Below, in pieces: positions 34,911 to 36,514 of a DNA stretch of 36,514 bases. The translations under genes were made by a program, and so were the position numbers. The stretch lies in IMG/VR virus record IMGVR_UViG_3300008448_000285, positions 1 to 36,514 of that record. The stretch is one strand, 5' to 3'. The notes below the pieces were generated by a model. That model was not told where the DNA came from. It did no database searches and worked only from the letters and a program-made list of their open reading frames with translations. Numbering within the stretch: position 1 is the stretch's first letter; each line of letters opens with the position of its first letter. This DNA is from a virus. Taxonomy: Duplodnaviria > Caudoviricetes.

Positions 34911-35955
34911 CGTCATTGTTCTGAACCTGCGGCGCACCCATCGGCGCACCGCTAGAACTCACGCTGACGGCAGCCGATCTCGCCTTTTGCGCAGCCTGCG
35001 TCTTGTTTTGGAACCCGCGTTGCTGCGAGCGCGTCTGCAGCACCTTGCGCACGCTGGGGTTCATCAAGCAGGCCTGCTTGTACGCGTCGGCCAGGCTCAG
35101 TTCACGGCCATTTCTCTGAGCAACTTCCATCAAGTCGGCCATCTCGTTGCGCACATCGTTGCCAAACTCGGCTTTTTCGATGAATTGCGCAACCTCGCTT
35201 TGAGCGCGGCTAGCCAACTGTTGCTGTTGCATGGCTTGCGCTTGTTGAAACTGCGACATGAACTGCTGCACGGGCGCCAACTGCTGTTGAATGACCTGCT
35301 GCAGTTGATGCTGCTGCGGGTCAACATTTGGCGTAGCACCAGCTAACGCGCCGTCCAGCATCTCGATGAAGTTCTGACCGAATCTGCCAGTACCAAACTG
35401 CTTGACCATGCCAGCCATCAGATTGGCAAGCTCAGGGCCGGTCGCCGTGCGCAGACGCACCGCCGTGCCCATCAGGTTGTCAATGACCTGCATGGGCGTT
35501 GCGCCCTCGGCGCGTATGTAAGCCTCGTAGGGCTGAAAAGCCTTGCTGATGGACTCAGCATACTTACGAGCCTCTGCGGTTTCCTGCAGCGTTCGCTGCA
35601 CCTCGGCTTCTCGACGCGCCACTTCTGCGCGTACAGGCTCAGGCAGCTTGCCCCAATGGTCACGCAGCTCAGGCTTCCACGATGCAGGCGCCTTGTCGCC
35701 CTTGGGGCCAGGCTTAGGCCCAGGCGTGATCTGCGGTGCGTCTTCCTGCGGCTTGACCTCTTGCGGCGTGCTTTCTGATAGCGCGTTCAGGTCTTGGGCT
35801 GGAGCTGCTGGCGCTTCGCCGTCTGCAGTCTGCGTCTCGGCTGCAGGTGCGTCAGCGTAATCGACCGTCTCTGGTGCGGGCGCAGCTTCAGTTTTTTCTG
35901 TGCCAATGGCCGCTTCAAGACTGTCGCGCAGGGATGGTGTGGTGGGTTCTGACAT
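34867..35955 (-). CDS. Capsid scaffolding protein (probable)
   Basis: Acidic disordered N-terminus, APASWK...W..LP, Gln-rich helices, terminal SLRDSLEAA/DVRSAIEAA helices. Confidence 0.75.
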   Translation of the reverse strand: MSEPTTPSLRDSLEAAIGTEKTEAAPAPETVDYADAPAAETQTADGEAPAAPAQDLNALSESTPQEVKPQEDAPQITPGPKPGPKGDKAPASWKPELRDHWGKLPEPVRAEVARREAEVQRTLQETAEARKYAESISKAFQPYEAYIRAEGATPMQVIDNLMGTAVRLRTATGPELANLMAGMVKQFGTGRFGQNFIEMLDGALAGATPNVDPQQHQLQQVIQQQLAPVQQFMSQFQQAQAMQQQQLASRAQSEVAQFIEKAEFGNDVRNEMADLMEVAQRNGRELSLADAYKQACLMNPSVRKVLQTRSQQRGFQNKTQAAQKARSAAVSVSSSGAPMGAPQVQNNDVRSAIEAALAMTSR

Positions 35956-36284
35956 TATCTAGTTCTGTTTTGGATTTGATGAAACGCTCGCTCTACGTCT
36001 GTGCGTCTGAACGAGCCGCCTTGCGTAACGTAACGCTCACGCTCTTTTTGAGCCTTGGCCCATGTATCTTTAAAGTCATCCGCCGTGGTCAGGTTGTGAC
36101 GGCGCATGTACTCGCGGTGTTTTGCCCTGGTGCTGATGTCAGTGCCATCAGGAGCCTTGACGCCATCGTAGTGGCGGTCCCCCCACAAAGCGCCTGAGTC
36201 GTTGCGCGTGACCGGCTGATAGTCAGCCGTCACCTCGATCATCTCAAACGTCTTGGGGTCTTGGATGTATCTGCGGCGGGTCAT
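35955..36284 (-). CDS. Conserved phage hypothetical protein
   Basis: DGTDISTRAKHREYMRRHNL motif. Confidence 0.7.
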   Translation of the reverse strand: MTRRRYIQDPKTFEMIEVTADYQPVTRNDSGALWGDRHYDGVKAPDGTDISTRAKHREYMRRHNLTTADDFKDTWAKAQKERERYVTQGGSFRRTDVERAFHQIQNRTR

Positions 36285-36454
36285 TTCTTTCTCAGTGCTT
36301 GGGCGTGCATGGCCTGCTTGAGCAGCCTGCCGCCCTTGTCTTCTTGGTTGTACTCTTTGGCGACCTTGACAGGCACGCCAACCTTCTTTGCAAACTCAGG
36401 ATCGTGCGCAGCAGCGGCCATCATCCGCGCTTGCTCGGGTGACTTGCTTGGCAT
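36281..36454 (-). CDS. 57-aa conserved phage protein (absent from ORF track)
   Basis: MPSKSPEQARMMAAAAHDPEFAKKVGVPVKVAKEYNQEDKGGRLLKQAMHAQALRKK. Confidence 0.7.
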   Translation of the reverse strand: MPSKSPEQARMMAAAAHDPEFAKKVGVPVKVAKEYNQEDKGGRLLKQAMHAQALRKK

Positions 36455-36457
36455 GAT

Positions 36458-36514
36458 TTACGCCCATCCTCGCTGCGGATTCTTCGGGAACACGCGGAAA
36501 GCCTCCAGCTCCGG
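36458..36514 (-). CDS. C-terminal fragment of a gene cut by the window edge
   Basis: ...PELEAFRVFPKNPQRGWA-stop, 3 nt before the next ATG. Confidence 0.45.
   Translation of the reverse strand, partial: PELEAFRVFPKNPQRGWA

Overview
The window is a nearly complete temperate podovirus-type (short-tailed) dsDNA phage genome with no flanking host genes. The minus strand carries terS, DUF3310, terL, portal and a head-fibre cluster (1-8168). It also carries scaffold, major capsid, decoration, adaptor, nozzle, GNAT-like, four ejection-type proteins, tail fibre, Gly-rich protein, two membrane proteins and a lysozyme (20623-36514). The early region (8213-19026) has small genes, an iteron-like origin, a RepB-primase/AAA_25 helicase, a divergent cro/cI-like switch, Sak4, DUF669 SSB, a Cas4-like nuclease, a RuvC-like resolvase and a tyrosine integrase. 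The most unusual feature is two complete attP-like sites exactly 1415 bp apart. Each has the same arm repeats, IHF-like boxes and spacing, and each carries the 5' half (not the usual 3' half) of tRNA-Ser(GGA) with a different D-loop allele. They bracket a two-gene cassette that includes an ADP-ribosyltransferase-like protein. Other signals are a pseudoknotted terminator after the capsid gene, a multi-hairpin capsid leader next to an antisense HNH gene, a five-site operator family, and a repressor apparently lacking its autoprotease dyad. All calls come from motif recognition by eye; no searches were run.
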